The notes: generated from the sequence alone by a model not told the origin. Numbered from the stretch's first letter, positions 28,180 through 38,455 are shown. The stretch: DNA of 64,000 nucleotides from an uncultured Bacilli bacterium (GCA_934091055.1 CAKOKN010000002.1:153-64152); one strand, 5' to 3'. Numbers and translations are program-made.

Positions 28180-28258
28180 AGTTCGAGCCTGTAGTCTCTC
28201 ACTACATAAAAAGCCCAGGTCTTTTTATGGTAATTTAGAGCCATTAAGTCTCTAAATT
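28180..28258 (+). repeat. Modular stem-loop repeat, locus 5 (M1 plus 2 hairpins)
   Basis: AGTTCGAGCCTGTAGTCTCTCACT (28180-28203), CATAAAAAG-CCCAGGT-CTTTTTATG (28205-28229), AATTTAGAG-CCATTAAGT-CTCTAAATT (28232-28258). Confidence 0.85.
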
Positions 28259-28273
28259 AATCTATTTATAAAT

Positions 28274-28294
28274 TATCAACAACACCTGTTGATA
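28274..28294. promoter_or_regulatory. Convergent DnaA-box-like pair TATCAACA-N5-TGTTGATA outside oriC
   Basis: TATCAACAACACCTGTTGATA read directly. Same architecture as 5160-5180 in oriC (TATCCACAGGACTTGTTGATA). Confidence 0.5.
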
Positions 28295-28315
28295 CATAAA
28301 AAATCACCCATTTAA

Positions 28316-28741
28316 CTATGAGTGATTTTCTTTTTCTAAATAATCTTTTATACCATTAGCAGATAAAGTAGCACATTTAATTCTTGAGGGTTGTTTACTA
28401 GTATCATCAAATACTAATAATTCTTTTAATACTTCTTTATCATATTCTTCTTCATTAATCATTTTTAAATAATTATCTATTAAATAAATACCTTCTTCTT
28501 TAGTTTTACCAATAAGTAAATTAGTAAGAATATTAGTAGAGGATATACTTATAACACAAGCTTCTCCTTCAAAAGATATATCTTTAATAATATTATCTTG
28601 AATCTTTAAATAAATATCTAAATTATCAATACAACTAACATTTCTTGTATTAATCTTAACATAACTATCATCACTAGCATATTTCTTATTAGGAGCTTGG
28701 TAATTATCTAAAATAATGCTTCTCTTTAAATCTCTATCCAT
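28316..28741 (-). CDS. sufU: Fe-S cluster assembly sulfur-transfer protein SufU
   Basis: 141 aa from the ATG overlapping the sufS stop (TAATG). Three conserved Cys contexts (NVSCIDNL, GEACVISISS, RIKCATLS). Confidence 0.85.
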   Translation of the reverse strand: MDRDLKRSIILDNYQAPNKKYASDDSYVKINTRNVSCIDNLDIYLKIQDNIIKDISFEGEACVISISSTNILTNLLIGKTKEEGIYLIDNYLKMINEEEYDKEVLKELLVFDDTSKQPSRIKCATLSANGIKDYLEKENHS

Positions 28742-29937
28742 TATAGTATTTCCTTCCATATATTATTACTATTTTTTAGTACATTGATAAGTAAGTCAAT
28801 TTCTTCCTTAGTATTATAAAAACTAAGACTAATTCTAACTGTATTACTAATATTAAAGACATTATCAAGTATTTTAGCACAGTGATTACCCGCTCTTACA
28901 CATATATTATATTTATCTAGGTATATCGCAGCATCTTGTGCAAATACTCCATTAATATTAAAAGCTACTATATTAGTATCTACATCTTTATTATATATAG
29001 TAATAAAATCAAGTTTAGATAGTTCATTAATTAAATACTTTCTTAAATCTCTTTCATACTTATTAATTCTATCGATGCCAATATTTTCTAAATAACTAAC
29101 TGCCGCACTAAGACCTAATACTCCTTCAATATTTGGAGTACCACCTTCAAGTCTTGTAGGTATCTCTCTTAATTCAACATAGCCATCCTTAGTAAACATA
29201 GCATTCATACCACCACCATAATTAAATGGTTTAACTTTATCTAGTAAATCAAATTTACCATATAAGACACCAATACCCGTAGGACCATACATCTTATGAC
29301 CAGAAAATACCATAAAATCAATATCTTCATCTTGAACATCTATCTTTTTATGTGCTATACCTTGAGCAGCATCTACGACCATAATTATATTATTATCATG
29401 GGCTAATTTACTAATTTCTTTAATAGGTCTCTCATCACCAATTACATTAGTAGTATAAGCAAGAGATATAACTTTAGTTTTATTAGTTATAGCTTTTCTA
29501 ACATTATCAATACTAACTTCATTGTTATCATTAAGTTCAATATATTTAACTTTAATACCTATCTCTTTTTGTAATATAAACCAAGGTATAATATTTGATG
29601 CGTGTTCACTAAGTGTAATAAGTACCTCATCATCTTTCTTTAAATAATCTTTAAAAAAACCAGAAACAATAATATTCATACCATTAGTGGTACCATCAGT
29701 AAAAACAATCTCCGAACTTTCTTTAGCGTTAATAAAATCTCTAATTTTTTCTCTAGCTTCTTCATATAAATTATCAACAGTGGCACTTAGTTTATAGTCG
29801 CCTCTATGAGCATTCGCAGTATATTCATTATAATACTTTATTATAGCATCTCTTACTACCTTAGGTTTCAAGGTAGTAGCTCCATTATCAAAATATATAA
29901 TATTCTTCTTTAAAATTTCAAAATCATCTCTATTCAT
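28741..29937 (-). CDS. sufS: Cysteine desulfurase SufS
   Basis: 398 aa. PLP-lysine context FSGHKMYGPTG and active-site Cys RAGNHCA. Confidence 0.92.
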   Translation of the reverse strand: MNRDDFEILKKNIIYFDNGATTLKPKVVRDAIIKYYNEYTANAHRGDYKLSATVDNLYEEAREKIRDFINAKESSEIVFTDGTTNGMNIIVSGFFKDYLKKDDEVLITLSEHASNIIPWFILQKEIGIKVKYIELNDNNEVSIDNVRKAITNKTKVISLAYTTNVIGDERPIKEISKLAHDNNIIMVVDAAQGIAHKKIDVQDEDIDFMVFSGHKMYGPTGIGVLYGKFDLLDKVKPFNYGGGMNAMFTKDGYVELREIPTRLEGGTPNIEGVLGLSAAVSYLENIGIDRINKYERDLRKYLINELSKLDFITIYNKDVDTNIVAFNINGVFAQDAAIYLDKYNICVRAGNHCAKILDNVFNISNTVRISLSFYNTKEEIDLLINVLKNSNNIWKEIL

Positions 29938-30702
29938 CTATTCACCTCCTATTTTATCTAAAATATTAAGTATTCTACCTCTTGTTTCCATATCAGGGTT
30001 AATATTAGAAAGAAGTAATCCCTTAATAATTAATGTAGTAGCAGTCTGATAATCAATTCCTCTAGACATTAAATAGAATAGACTTTCACTATCTATATTA
30101 CCAATAGTAGAAGAATGAATAGCAATAGTACTATTATCACGTGTAAACATATTAGGATTAATCTTATTATTAGATTCTCCTAGACTAATAATTTTTGTCT
30201 GCTGATTTAAGTAGCAGTCCTTTATTCCATTTTCTACATAACTATTTATATCAAATATATTAGAACTATTATTTTTAGCTACAGTTCTATTAAATATATC
30301 TGAAGAAGTATTCTTATTTAAATGGTTAATATTTATAGTATATTTATCATTATTACTACTGATACTAGAAAAATTATATTTAATATTTGAGTCTTCTCCA
30401 TTTAAATTTATTTCTACTTGTTCTAGAGTATTAGTGTTATTATAAAAATTATTTAATATTAATGAAGATTTTTTACCTAAATTATATGCTTGCTTTAAAG
30501 TAACATCTTTTAAGCAAGAATACTCAAATAAATTAATACATAAATTATCATTAATATTTATTTCAATATCTAAATTATCACTTTCAATAAATTCAATTAA
30601 ATAGTTTCCATTATTAGAAAAAGAAATAGTATTATCACATATTATGACATCATCATTATCAAAGGGAATAATTTGATTTCTAACTACTTTTATTTTATTC
30701 AT
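29938..30702 (-). CDS. sufD: SufB/SufD-family Fe-S assembly protein, short form
   Basis: 254 aa. C-terminal IAIHSSTIGNIDSESLFYLMSRGIDYQTATTLIIKGLL is the SufB/D signature region. Much shorter than typical SufD. Confidence 0.7.
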   Translation of the reverse strand: MNKIKVVRNQIIPFDNDDVIICDNTISFSNNGNYLIEFIESDNLDIEININDNLCINLFEYSCLKDVTLKQAYNLGKKSSLILNNFYNNTNTLEQVEINLNGEDSNIKYNFSSISSNNDKYTININHLNKNTSSDIFNRTVAKNNSSNIFDINSYVENGIKDCYLNQQTKIISLGESNNKINPNMFTRDNSTIAIHSSTIGNIDSESLFYLMSRGIDYQTATTLIIKGLLLSNINPDMETRGRILNILDKIGGE

Positions 30703-31465
30703 TTATCTCATCACCAGTTATAATATTTTTCTCATTTTTATAACTATAATATCCATTTTTTTCTATATCTATTGCTAAATCATAATTTCCTGTCTTAGTA
30801 ATTGTTCCCTTATTCATTATATGTACATAATCTGGTTTCAAATATTCAAGAATCTTTGGATGATGAGTAATAATTAAAATAGAAGTATTAGGATTCTCTT
30901 CTTTATATTTTGCAATATTTTCTCCGACTATTCTAAGACTATCAACATCAAGACCAGAATCTACTTCATCTAAAATAATAAATTTTGGTTTTAAAAGCTT
31001 AATTTGCAATACTTCATTTTTCTTTTTTTCTCCACCTGAAAAACCTACATTTAGACTACGATGAATTAAATCTTTATTCATAGAAAGTTCTTCTGCACCC
31101 TTTTCACATTTTAAAATAAAATCATATAGACCTATTCTTTTATTATTTACCGAAGACATTGCAGTTCTAAGAAAATCTTGATTAGAAACACCTTCTATTT
31201 CCATAGGGTATTGCATAACTAAAAAAATACCTTTTTTTGCTCTCTCGTCAGTAGATAAAGGAATTAAATTATCTCCATCAAAGGTAATACTACCATTAGT
31301 TATTTTATAATTAGAGTCTCCCATAATTACTCTGGATAAAGTTGATTTACCAACTCCATTAGGTCCCATTATAACATTTATCTCTCCATCATTAATAACT
31401 AAATTAAAATTATTTAAAATTCTTTTATTATTTACTGCTACATCTAAGTTTTCAATTTTTAGCAT
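30695..31465 (-). CDS. sufC: Fe-S cluster assembly ATPase SufC
   Basis: Walker A GPNGVGKST, signature FSGGEKKK, Walker B FIILDEVDSGLD, H-loop ITHH. Confidence 0.93.
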   Translation of the reverse strand: MLKIENLDVAVNNKRILNNFNLVINDGEINVIMGPNGVGKSTLSRVIMGDSNYKITNGSITFDGDNLIPLSTDERAKKGIFLVMQYPMEIEGVSNQDFLRTAMSSVNNKRIGLYDFILKCEKGAEELSMNKDLIHRSLNVGFSGGEKKKNEVLQIKLLKPKFIILDEVDSGLDVDSLRIVGENIAKYKEENPNTSILIITHHPKILEYLKPDYVHIMNKGTITKTGNYDLAIDIEKNGYYSYKNEKNIITGDEINE

Positions 31466-31562
31466 ACTTATCCCTCTTTCCTAAATATTATAACACTTTT
31501 ATTTAATTTTGAAAATAAAAAAGACACTAATATAAATTATATTAATGTCGTAAATTTGTTTT

Positions 31563-33185
31563 TTAATATTTTTTCTTATTAGAAAGAAATCTAAGTCTTC
31601 TTATTCCTTTTGCTTCAATTTGTCTTACACGTTCACGAGTAATACCAAGAAGGTTACCTATTTCTTCTAAAGTACAAGCTCCACTTCTATAACTATCAAT
31701 AATATCTGTTACTTTTTCAGGGGTTAATTCATTATATACATCAGTCTTATTATAATTGGCTCTAGCACAATAAATAAGCTTTCTTAGTTCATCATCAGAT
31801 ATAGGGAAGCCCATTCTTAGGACTAAAACTAATTTAGCTCTAATACCTAAATGATTAAGAAGCTCAGTAAGCATATCTCTAGTTGCTACAACATCATACT
31901 CTTCTTCAGGAGTAGGTTTACCATCAGGAATAAGATCACCAAATTCAGTATCACAGTCATCATTATTTCTTACTAAATCATTAAGTGATGGGATATGTGA
32001 CATACTAATTGCATTTAAAGCATTTTTTACACTAAGTTCATTAGTATCTAAAGCCTTAGCAATTTCTTCAATACTAGGAGTTCTATTCTCTAAAGTTTCA
32101 ATCTCTTTTGTATATCTTCTGATTTTTAAAATTATTTCATTTAAATGAACCGGAAATCTTATAGTATTAGATTGATCTGCTATAGCTCTAGTAATAGCTT
32201 GTCTAATCCACCAAGTAGCATAAGTAGAAAACTTATTACCCTTTGTTACATCAAACTTTTCAACAGCTCTCATAAGTCCACCATTACCTTCTTGAACTAA
32301 GTCAAGTAAAGGCATATTTGCACTACGAGCAGTATATTTTTTTGCTATAGCAACTACCAATCTTAAGTTACTTTCAACAATACTATTTCTTAAATTGATG
32401 TATTCAAAAATACTATCTAGCTCTTTATCTAAATTGTTATAAAAGAATTCTTCATCATTTTCTTTAGCTTTATCAATATCATATTTATAAGTACCAGCAA
32501 TTACCTTATCTGCTACTTTCGCATCTTTTCCAGGTAAACTACCTATAATTCTACTTAATCTTCTTTTTTGCTTTGAAGTAGAAAAAGATCTAAAAAATTT
32601 ATCAGGATCCTGAAGTGTTAGTTTACCATCAGACCAAATGCCTACTTTTATAGCCTCCCTACAACTATCAAGCTTTGTAAAGATTTCTTTTTCTTGTTGT
32701 GCATTTAAAAGAGGTATATTCCCAATTTGTCTAAGATATAGTTTAATACTATCACTAACCATTGGTATATTCTCTTCAGTATATTCATAATTATTCTTCT
32801 CATCATTACTATCTATTAATCCTAAGTAAGAAAAGATATGTTCGTATTGTTTGATTACTGAAGTATTTCCCTTAGTGGTTTCTAATAGTTCACTAAAATA
32901 ATTAATAACATTGTCAAGTCCATATTTATTTACTAAAGTTTCACAATTATCTTCTGATAATTTTTTACCATCTATTTCAATAGATATCAAAAATACATAG
33001 TACTTATCAATGAAGCTTTTTATAGATTTTTCATCTACTTCTAATAATAATTCTTTGAATAAACTAAATACTTGTTCCTTTCCATATTTTTTTACAAGTA
33101 AAGTATAATATTTGTAGTTTATTGATTTTTTAGATTTAATTTCGTTTAATAATTCTTCTTTAAAAACAGAGTTAGTTCCTTTCAT
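31563..33185 (-). CDS. sigA: RNA polymerase sigma-70 family factor (group 1-like) with lineage-specific insertions
   Basis: 540 aa. Region 1.2 IKLYLRQIGNIPLL, region 2 LRLVVAIAKKY...DLVQEGNGGLMRAVEKFD...FSTYATWWIRQAITRAI, region 3 IRFPVHL, region 4.2 TLEEIGNLLGITRERVRQIEAKGIRRLR. Confidence 0.85.
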   Translation of the reverse strand: MKGTNSVFKEELLNEIKSKKSINYKYYTLLVKKYGKEQVFSLFKELLLEVDEKSIKSFIDKYYVFLISIEIDGKKLSEDNCETLVNKYGLDNVINYFSELLETTKGNTSVIKQYEHIFSYLGLIDSNDEKNNYEYTEENIPMVSDSIKLYLRQIGNIPLLNAQQEKEIFTKLDSCREAIKVGIWSDGKLTLQDPDKFFRSFSTSKQKRRLSRIIGSLPGKDAKVADKVIAGTYKYDIDKAKENDEEFFYNNLDKELDSIFEYINLRNSIVESNLRLVVAIAKKYTARSANMPLLDLVQEGNGGLMRAVEKFDVTKGNKFSTYATWWIRQAITRAIADQSNTIRFPVHLNEIILKIRRYTKEIETLENRTPSIEEIAKALDTNELSVKNALNAISMSHIPSLNDLVRNNDDCDTEFGDLIPDGKPTPEEEYDVVATRDMLTELLNHLGIRAKLVLVLRMGFPISDDELRKLIYCARANYNKTDVYNELTPEKVTDIIDSYRSGACTLEEIGNLLGITRERVRQIEAKGIRRLRFLSNKKKY

Positions 33186-33326
33186 AAAATCCCCCCTTCG
33201 GTCTTTACAAGCGTGTATTTTATCATATTAATTAAAAAAAGTCAAATATAACTTAATAGATGGTGTAAAATCATTCTAAATTATGTAAAAAAAAAGTTAT
33301 ATCTAGTTTTAAATATAACTTTTAAT

Positions 33327-34289
33327 TTAACATTGATTGTTTTTTTGTTTGTATTCTCCTGCTAAAGTATCTAAATCTTTAATAAGTAAATCAGTTTGTT
33401 CCCAAGTTTTGATTTTTGCACCAGACGCATATATATGACCTCCGCCACCATAATTACTAGCAATTTCATTTACATATGGTCCAACAGATCTTATATTAAC
33501 TCTAATTAGATTACTCTTAATATCTTCTGATAAAAATACCCAAATTATAATTTCGTCGACAAATTTTAAATCATTAATCATATTACCTGCAGCAGCACTA
33601 TCAACACCATACTCTTTCATTATTTTGTCAGTAAGCTTGATATATGCAACCCCATTATCAGTTAAAGTTAAGTTTTGATAAATATATCCTTCAAATCTTA
33701 TTTCTGATAAAGGTCTTCTATATAGATTTTTATATAATGAAGTAAAATCAATATTAGTCTCTTGAAGTAGTCTAGTCACTAAGGCAAAAGTTTTAGTACT
33801 AGTATAGTCGTGTAAGAATCTATCAGTATCACCAACTATACCTAAATATAATTTTTCCCCTTGCTCTTTTGTTAAATTAATTTTATTTTCAAAAGCAAAT
33901 TCTAATATCAATTGACAAGAACTACAAGATGTATCATCTATATATTCAATATCACTATATTTTTCAATAAAAGGATGATGATCTATTTTTATTACAAAAT
34001 CAAAATCTTTAATATTCGCAGAATCTATTCTTTTAACATCTGGCGTATCTAAAACTATGAGTAGTGCCTTATCTTGTATTTTATCAATGTTATCGAGAGT
34101 TCCAAAAAACTTAAATCTACTCGCAGGATTACCTACAGCATAAACTTTCTTTTCAGGAAACAAACCAGTGATAATACTTTTTAATGCAAACTGAGAACCA
34201 AGTGCATCAGGATCAGCACCTATATGTCTAGCAATAACTATAGTATTATATTTCTTTATTTGTTTATATATTTGTCTATAAGTATTCAT
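33327..34289 (-). CDS. nrnA: DHH/DHHA1 phosphoesterase, NrnA-type oligoribonuclease / pAp phosphatase
   Basis: 320 aa. ARHIGADPDALGS, IKIDHHPF (DHH), C-terminal GGGGHIYASGA (DHHA1 GGGH). Confidence 0.85.
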   Translation of the reverse strand: MNTYRQIYKQIKKYNTIVIARHIGADPDALGSQFALKSIITGLFPEKKVYAVGNPASRFKFFGTLDNIDKIQDKALLIVLDTPDVKRIDSANIKDFDFVIKIDHHPFIEKYSDIEYIDDTSCSSCQLILEFAFENKINLTKEQGEKLYLGIVGDTDRFLHDYTSTKTFALVTRLLQETNIDFTSLYKNLYRRPLSEIRFEGYIYQNLTLTDNGVAYIKLTDKIMKEYGVDSAAAGNMINDLKFVDEIIIWVFLSEDIKSNLIRVNIRSVGPYVNEIASNYGGGGHIYASGAKIKTWEQTDLLIKDLDTLAGEYKQKNNQC

Positions 34290-34290
34290 A

Positions 34291-35475
34291 TTATCCTTGT
34301 AGTATTAATGAGTAAGTATCTTTTGCAATCATTAATTCTTCGTTTGTAGGAATAATATATGCGGGTATCTTAGAGTCATCACTAGTAATTTTTTGTTCGA
34401 TTCCTCTTACATTATTAGCTTCTTCATCAATCTTAATTCCAAGTACAGCAAGTTTATCAATAACTTGTTTTCTAGTTGTTATAGAATTTTCACCAACACC
34501 CGCAGTAAATACAATAGCATCACATCCACCAAGTAAAACATAATACTTAGCGATGTATTCTACAATTCTCTTAACATACATTTCTTGGGCAAGTTTACAT
34601 CTTTCATTACCACTTTTAATTCCTTCTTCAATGTCTCTTGAATCACTACTGATACCACTTATTCCTAAAAGACCACTTTGTTTATTTAATGCAGTGTCCA
34701 TTTCTTTAGGAGACATACCAGTTTTTTCCATTACATAAGTAACAACAGTAGCATCCATATCACCACATCTAGAACCCATAATCAATCCAGCATTAGGAGT
34801 AAGTCCCATAGAAGTATCTACACACTTACCATCTTTTACAGCACTAATAGAAGCTCCATTACCAATATGGCAAGTAATAAGTTTAGTATCAGTTCTTCCT
34901 AGAATCTCGTTCATTCTTTGAGAAACATACTTGTGACTAGTACCGTGTGCCCCATATTTTCTAACAGCATATTCTTTATACCAAGCATAAGGAACTGCAT
35001 ACATATATTCAACTTCATCCATAGTTTGATGGAAAGCTGTATCAAAAACAACAGTTTGTAATGCTTGAGGCATAACTTCTTTAGCAGCTTTAATACCTAC
35101 TATAGCAGCAGGATTATGTAGTGGAGCCAAAGAAGACAACTCATCTATTTTTTCAACTACATCATCAGTAGCAATTTCAGTCTTATCAAAATAAGCACCA
35201 CCTTGAACTATTCTGTGTCCTACACCCTTAATCTCATCTAAAGACTTAACAATATTATTGTCAATAAGCTCTTTAATTAATATTTCAAAAGCTTCTTTGT
35301 GAGTAGGAAGTTCTACTTCTTTCTTAATTTTTTCTCCATTTACTTTAATAGTATAAAAACTATTATCAATACCAATTCTTTCAAATACACCACTGATAAG
35401 AACATCTTCACTAGGCATTTCAAAACCTGTAAATTTTAAAGATGAACTACCAGCATTAACTGATAATATTATCAT
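34291..35475 (-). CDS. ackA: Acetate kinase
   Basis: 394 aa. MIILSVNAGSSSLKF N-terminus, GHRIVQGG, YGAHGTSH, FTAGVGENS. Confidence 0.95.
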   Translation of the reverse strand: MIILSVNAGSSSLKFTGFEMPSEDVLISGVFERIGIDNSFYTIKVNGEKIKKEVELPTHKEAFEILIKELIDNNIVKSLDEIKGVGHRIVQGGAYFDKTEIATDDVVEKIDELSSLAPLHNPAAIVGIKAAKEVMPQALQTVVFDTAFHQTMDEVEYMYAVPYAWYKEYAVRKYGAHGTSHKYVSQRMNEILGRTDTKLITCHIGNGASISAVKDGKCVDTSMGLTPNAGLIMGSRCGDMDATVVTYVMEKTGMSPKEMDTALNKQSGLLGISGISSDSRDIEEGIKSGNERCKLAQEMYVKRIVEYIAKYYVLLGGCDAIVFTAGVGENSITTRKQVIDKLAVLGIKIDEEANNVRGIEQKITSDDSKIPAYIIPTNEELMIAKDTYSLILQG

Positions 35476-35556
35476 TATAACACCTCTTTCTCCTATATAT
35501 TATAGCAGATTTCTTTTTATTTAGGAAGAAAAAAATAACAATTATATAATTAATTA

Positions 35557-36174
35557 TTATTTAACCCTCTTTCTAACATATGCTTTTTCAGAAATCTTGC
35601 CATCATTTTGAATATTATTATTATTTACATTACTTCTATAAATATATTTATTAGAGTTTCTTTCTCTCTTTTTTTTAATTATTAATTCTTTTTCTTCGTT
35701 CATTGTATCAAAAGAATTAATTAAGTTTTTATTAATTTTTGCTAGTTTTTTTCTTTCAATTCTTTTTTTATTAGAGTAATCATCTATTTTTTTATCTAAA
35801 AAAGAAATATGTTTATCAATTAAATTAATATTATAAGCATTATTTTTAATAAACATAATTGAAGAAAAAACACCCAATATTGAAGAAGTAACAGAGAATA
35901 CTGAAATACCAAATAAAGTAATGCCTGCTGTTACAGCAGTAGCCACAATAGATATAAAGAATTTATTAACTTTTTTAATCTTCTTTATATCATTAAGTTT
36001 AGTATTCTTTTCTTCCTCTAAGGAATTAATACTAACATTTATACTGTCAATAATATCACAAATATTTGCATATTCATCCTTTGTTATATCAAAAGTCATT
36101 TTGGCAGCATTCATTCTATTTTCAATAATGTTAATTTCATTATTTAATTCATTATTAGTTAAACTTTTATTCAA
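35557..36174 (-). CDS. Hypothetical coiled-coil membrane protein
   Basis: 205 aa. Coiled-coil-like Lys/Asn/Glu-rich ends with two central hydrophobic helices (FFISIVATAVTAGITLFGISVF..., ILGVFSSIMFI). Confidence 0.5.
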   Translation of the reverse strand: MNKSLTNNELNNEINIIENRMNAAKMTFDITKDEYANICDIIDSINVSINSLEEEKNTKLNDIKKIKKVNKFFISIVATAVTAGITLFGISVFSVTSSILGVFSSIMFIKNNAYNINLIDKHISFLDKKIDDYSNKKRIERKKLAKINKNLINSFDTMNEEKELIIKKKRERNSNKYIYRSNVNNNNIQNDGKISEKAYVRKRVK

Positions 36175-36294
36175 TAATTATTCCCCCTTTCTCTTTTGAC
36201 AACCAAATGATACAACATTTATATTTGTTTGTCAACCTTTTTAGATAATAAAAAAATAAAAAATTCCAGCAGTCTCTTCTGCCAGAATTTTTCG

Positions 36295-37911
36295 TTATTC
36301 CATATCATTTATTAAGACAGGAAGTATTTGCTTTTTCCTAGAAACAATACCCTTTAAGAAGTGACCTTCTTCCATATCTTTTATATTAAATGCATCTTCC
36401 AAAATATTTTTTGCTCTATCACTATAAAGTACATAAGTACCATTATCAAGAATATCAGTAATAAATAAGCATACAAACAAATAATTATTCTTTTCACTAA
36501 CTGTATTTAATAAAGAAATATAATCTTCTTTTTCATCAAGAACCTCTTTAATATCAGTAGTAATTACTTGTCCTAAACCAACACTACGACCTTTAATAAC
36601 ATAGTTTTTATAATCTTTATATAATACTTGCTCTCTAGTCATACCTTTAAGTGAAGAACCAAATTTAATCATTTTATAACCATAATCTTTAAAATTAACT
36701 TTAGCAATCTTACTAAGATCACGAACAGCTATCTCATCATCCTTAGTAGTAGTAGGACTAGTAAGAATTAAAGTATCAGATAATATACCAGATAACATAA
36801 GACCTGCTATATACTTTGGTATAGTAATTCTATGTTCCTTATATAAACTATATATAATAGTATTAGTACTACCAACAGGCATATTTCTAAAATTAATAGG
36901 CATATTAGTACCAATTGTTCCAATGTTATGATGATCTATTATTTCAATTATATTAGCATCCTCAATTCCAATAGCACTTTGTTCATAAGAGTTATGATCC
37001 ACCAATATAACATTCTTCTTGCAGGTAAAGTCAACATCAGATAATCTAATAATACCCTTACATTTACCTTGCTTATTAATAACAGGATAATAACTATATC
37101 TAGTCTTAGTAACTAATTTAATAAAATCATTCATAGCTTCATTATCATCTACACAAAGACTTTCCTTATTACTTAGAATAGTAGTAACATTATTACAAAG
37201 ATTAAATACTTTAGTAGTCTCTAATGTATTATAAGGAGTAACAATTATATTAACACCATTCTTTTTAGCAGCTTCTAAATGTTCTTTTTTTATTTCTCCA
37301 TTACCAGTAATAATAAGTAATTTAATACCACTATTAACAGCATATTCAATTATACTATGACGATTACCAACTATTAAAATACTATCTTTATCAAGATTGA
37401 TTTCTTCAATAAAAGTACTACTCTTAAAAGATGCTACAAGTAAATTACCACATATATCATCATCAAATTTAAGTAGAGAATTACCTTTTATAACATTGCA
37501 AATATTATCATAAGTAGCATCTATATAACTATAATTAAAAGAAAATTGATCTTTAGCAATATCCTTCATACTAAGAATACCAAGTAAATTCTTTTCATTA
37601 TCTACGACAGGTATTTTACTAACACCTGCTTTATTCATTTTATAATAAGCATCATATATAGAACTTTTTTCACTTATAGTATAATTCTTAGTATAATTTA
37701 AATCCTTGATCTTAATATTAACATCATTTAAGAACATAGGCTCATTTACTCCAAAATAATTAAGAGCAAATTTAGATTCTAAGTTAATAGAACTAAGTAC
37801 TGCAGGTACTGTATTCATACCAAGTTTATTCTTTAAATAAGACAAAGTAATAGCAGCAGTTACACTATCAGTATCAGGATTTCTATGACCGAATATATAT
37901 ATTTTTTCCAT
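36295..37911 (-). CDS. ppaC: Family II (Mn-dependent) inorganic pyrophosphatase with CBS-domain insert
   Basis: 538 aa. IFGHRNPDTDS, CBS-like segments (ISKIPVVDNEKNLLGILSMKDI), VDHNSYEQS (DHH), GILSDTLILTSPTTT (DHHA2). Confidence 0.85.
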   Translation of the reverse strand: MEKIYIFGHRNPDTDSVTAAITLSYLKNKLGMNTVPAVLSSINLESKFALNYFGVNEPMFLNDVNIKIKDLNYTKNYTISEKSSIYDAYYKMNKAGVSKIPVVDNEKNLLGILSMKDIAKDQFSFNYSYIDATYDNICNVIKGNSLLKFDDDICGNLLVASFKSSTFIEEINLDKDSILIVGNRHSIIEYAVNSGIKLLIITGNGEIKKEHLEAAKKNGVNIIVTPYNTLETTKVFNLCNNVTTILSNKESLCVDDNEAMNDFIKLVTKTRYSYYPVINKQGKCKGIIRLSDVDFTCKKNVILVDHNSYEQSAIGIEDANIIEIIDHHNIGTIGTNMPINFRNMPVGSTNTIIYSLYKEHRITIPKYIAGLMLSGILSDTLILTSPTTTKDDEIAVRDLSKIAKVNFKDYGYKMIKFGSSLKGMTREQVLYKDYKNYVIKGRSVGLGQVITTDIKEVLDEKEDYISLLNTVSEKNNYLFVCLFITDILDNGTYVLYSDRAKNILEDAFNIKDMEEGHFLKGIVSRKKQILPVLINDME

Positions 37912-37921
37912 AAGTTCCTCC

Positions 37922-38383
37922 TTAATATATCTTTTTGTTTTTATCTTGATATTCTCTAAATAGACTTAAGCAATCATCACGACTTAATTCTATTAAATCT
38001 AGGATATCATTATCTTTATTTTTAATATAATTATATATAAAATCATCTCTAAAGCCAATGTCTTCAGCATCTTTTAAGTTTGTACCATAATATACCTTCT
38101 TAATATTAGCCCATATTATAGCAGACAAACACATAGGGCAAGGATAACCAGTTGCATAAAGAGTACATCCTGATAAATCATATGTACCAAGAGCCTTACC
38201 AGCTTTTCTAATAGCCACAACTTCTGCATGTGCAGTTGCATCACAGTCTTCTAGTACTCTATTTGAAGCAACACTAATAACCTTACCATTACTATCAGTA
38301 ACAACTGCTCCAAATGGTCCACCTTTATTCTCATTCATTGTCTTTCTAGCTTCTTCAATCCCTAGTTTCATTATATCATTCAT
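37922..38383 (-). CDS. guaD: CDA-fold nucleoside deaminase, guanine deaminase (GuaD)-like
   Basis: 153 aa. GGPFGAVVTD, TAHAEVVAIRKAG, PCPMCLSAIIWA, GFRDDFIY. Collinear with B. subtilis GuaD as I recall it; a TadA-like role is not excluded. Confidence 0.65.
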   Translation of the reverse strand: MNDIMKLGIEEARKTMNENKGGPFGAVVTDSNGKVISVASNRVLEDCDATAHAEVVAIRKAGKALGTYDLSGCTLYATGYPCPMCLSAIIWANIKKVYYGTNLKDAEDIGFRDDFIYNYIKNKDNDILDLIELSRDDCLSLFREYQDKNKKIY

Positions 38384-38455
38384 TTTATATACCTTCCTAC
38401 ATTAATTATTGTACCAAATTTCTAAGAAAAAATCTATAATTATTTATTTTTTTAT

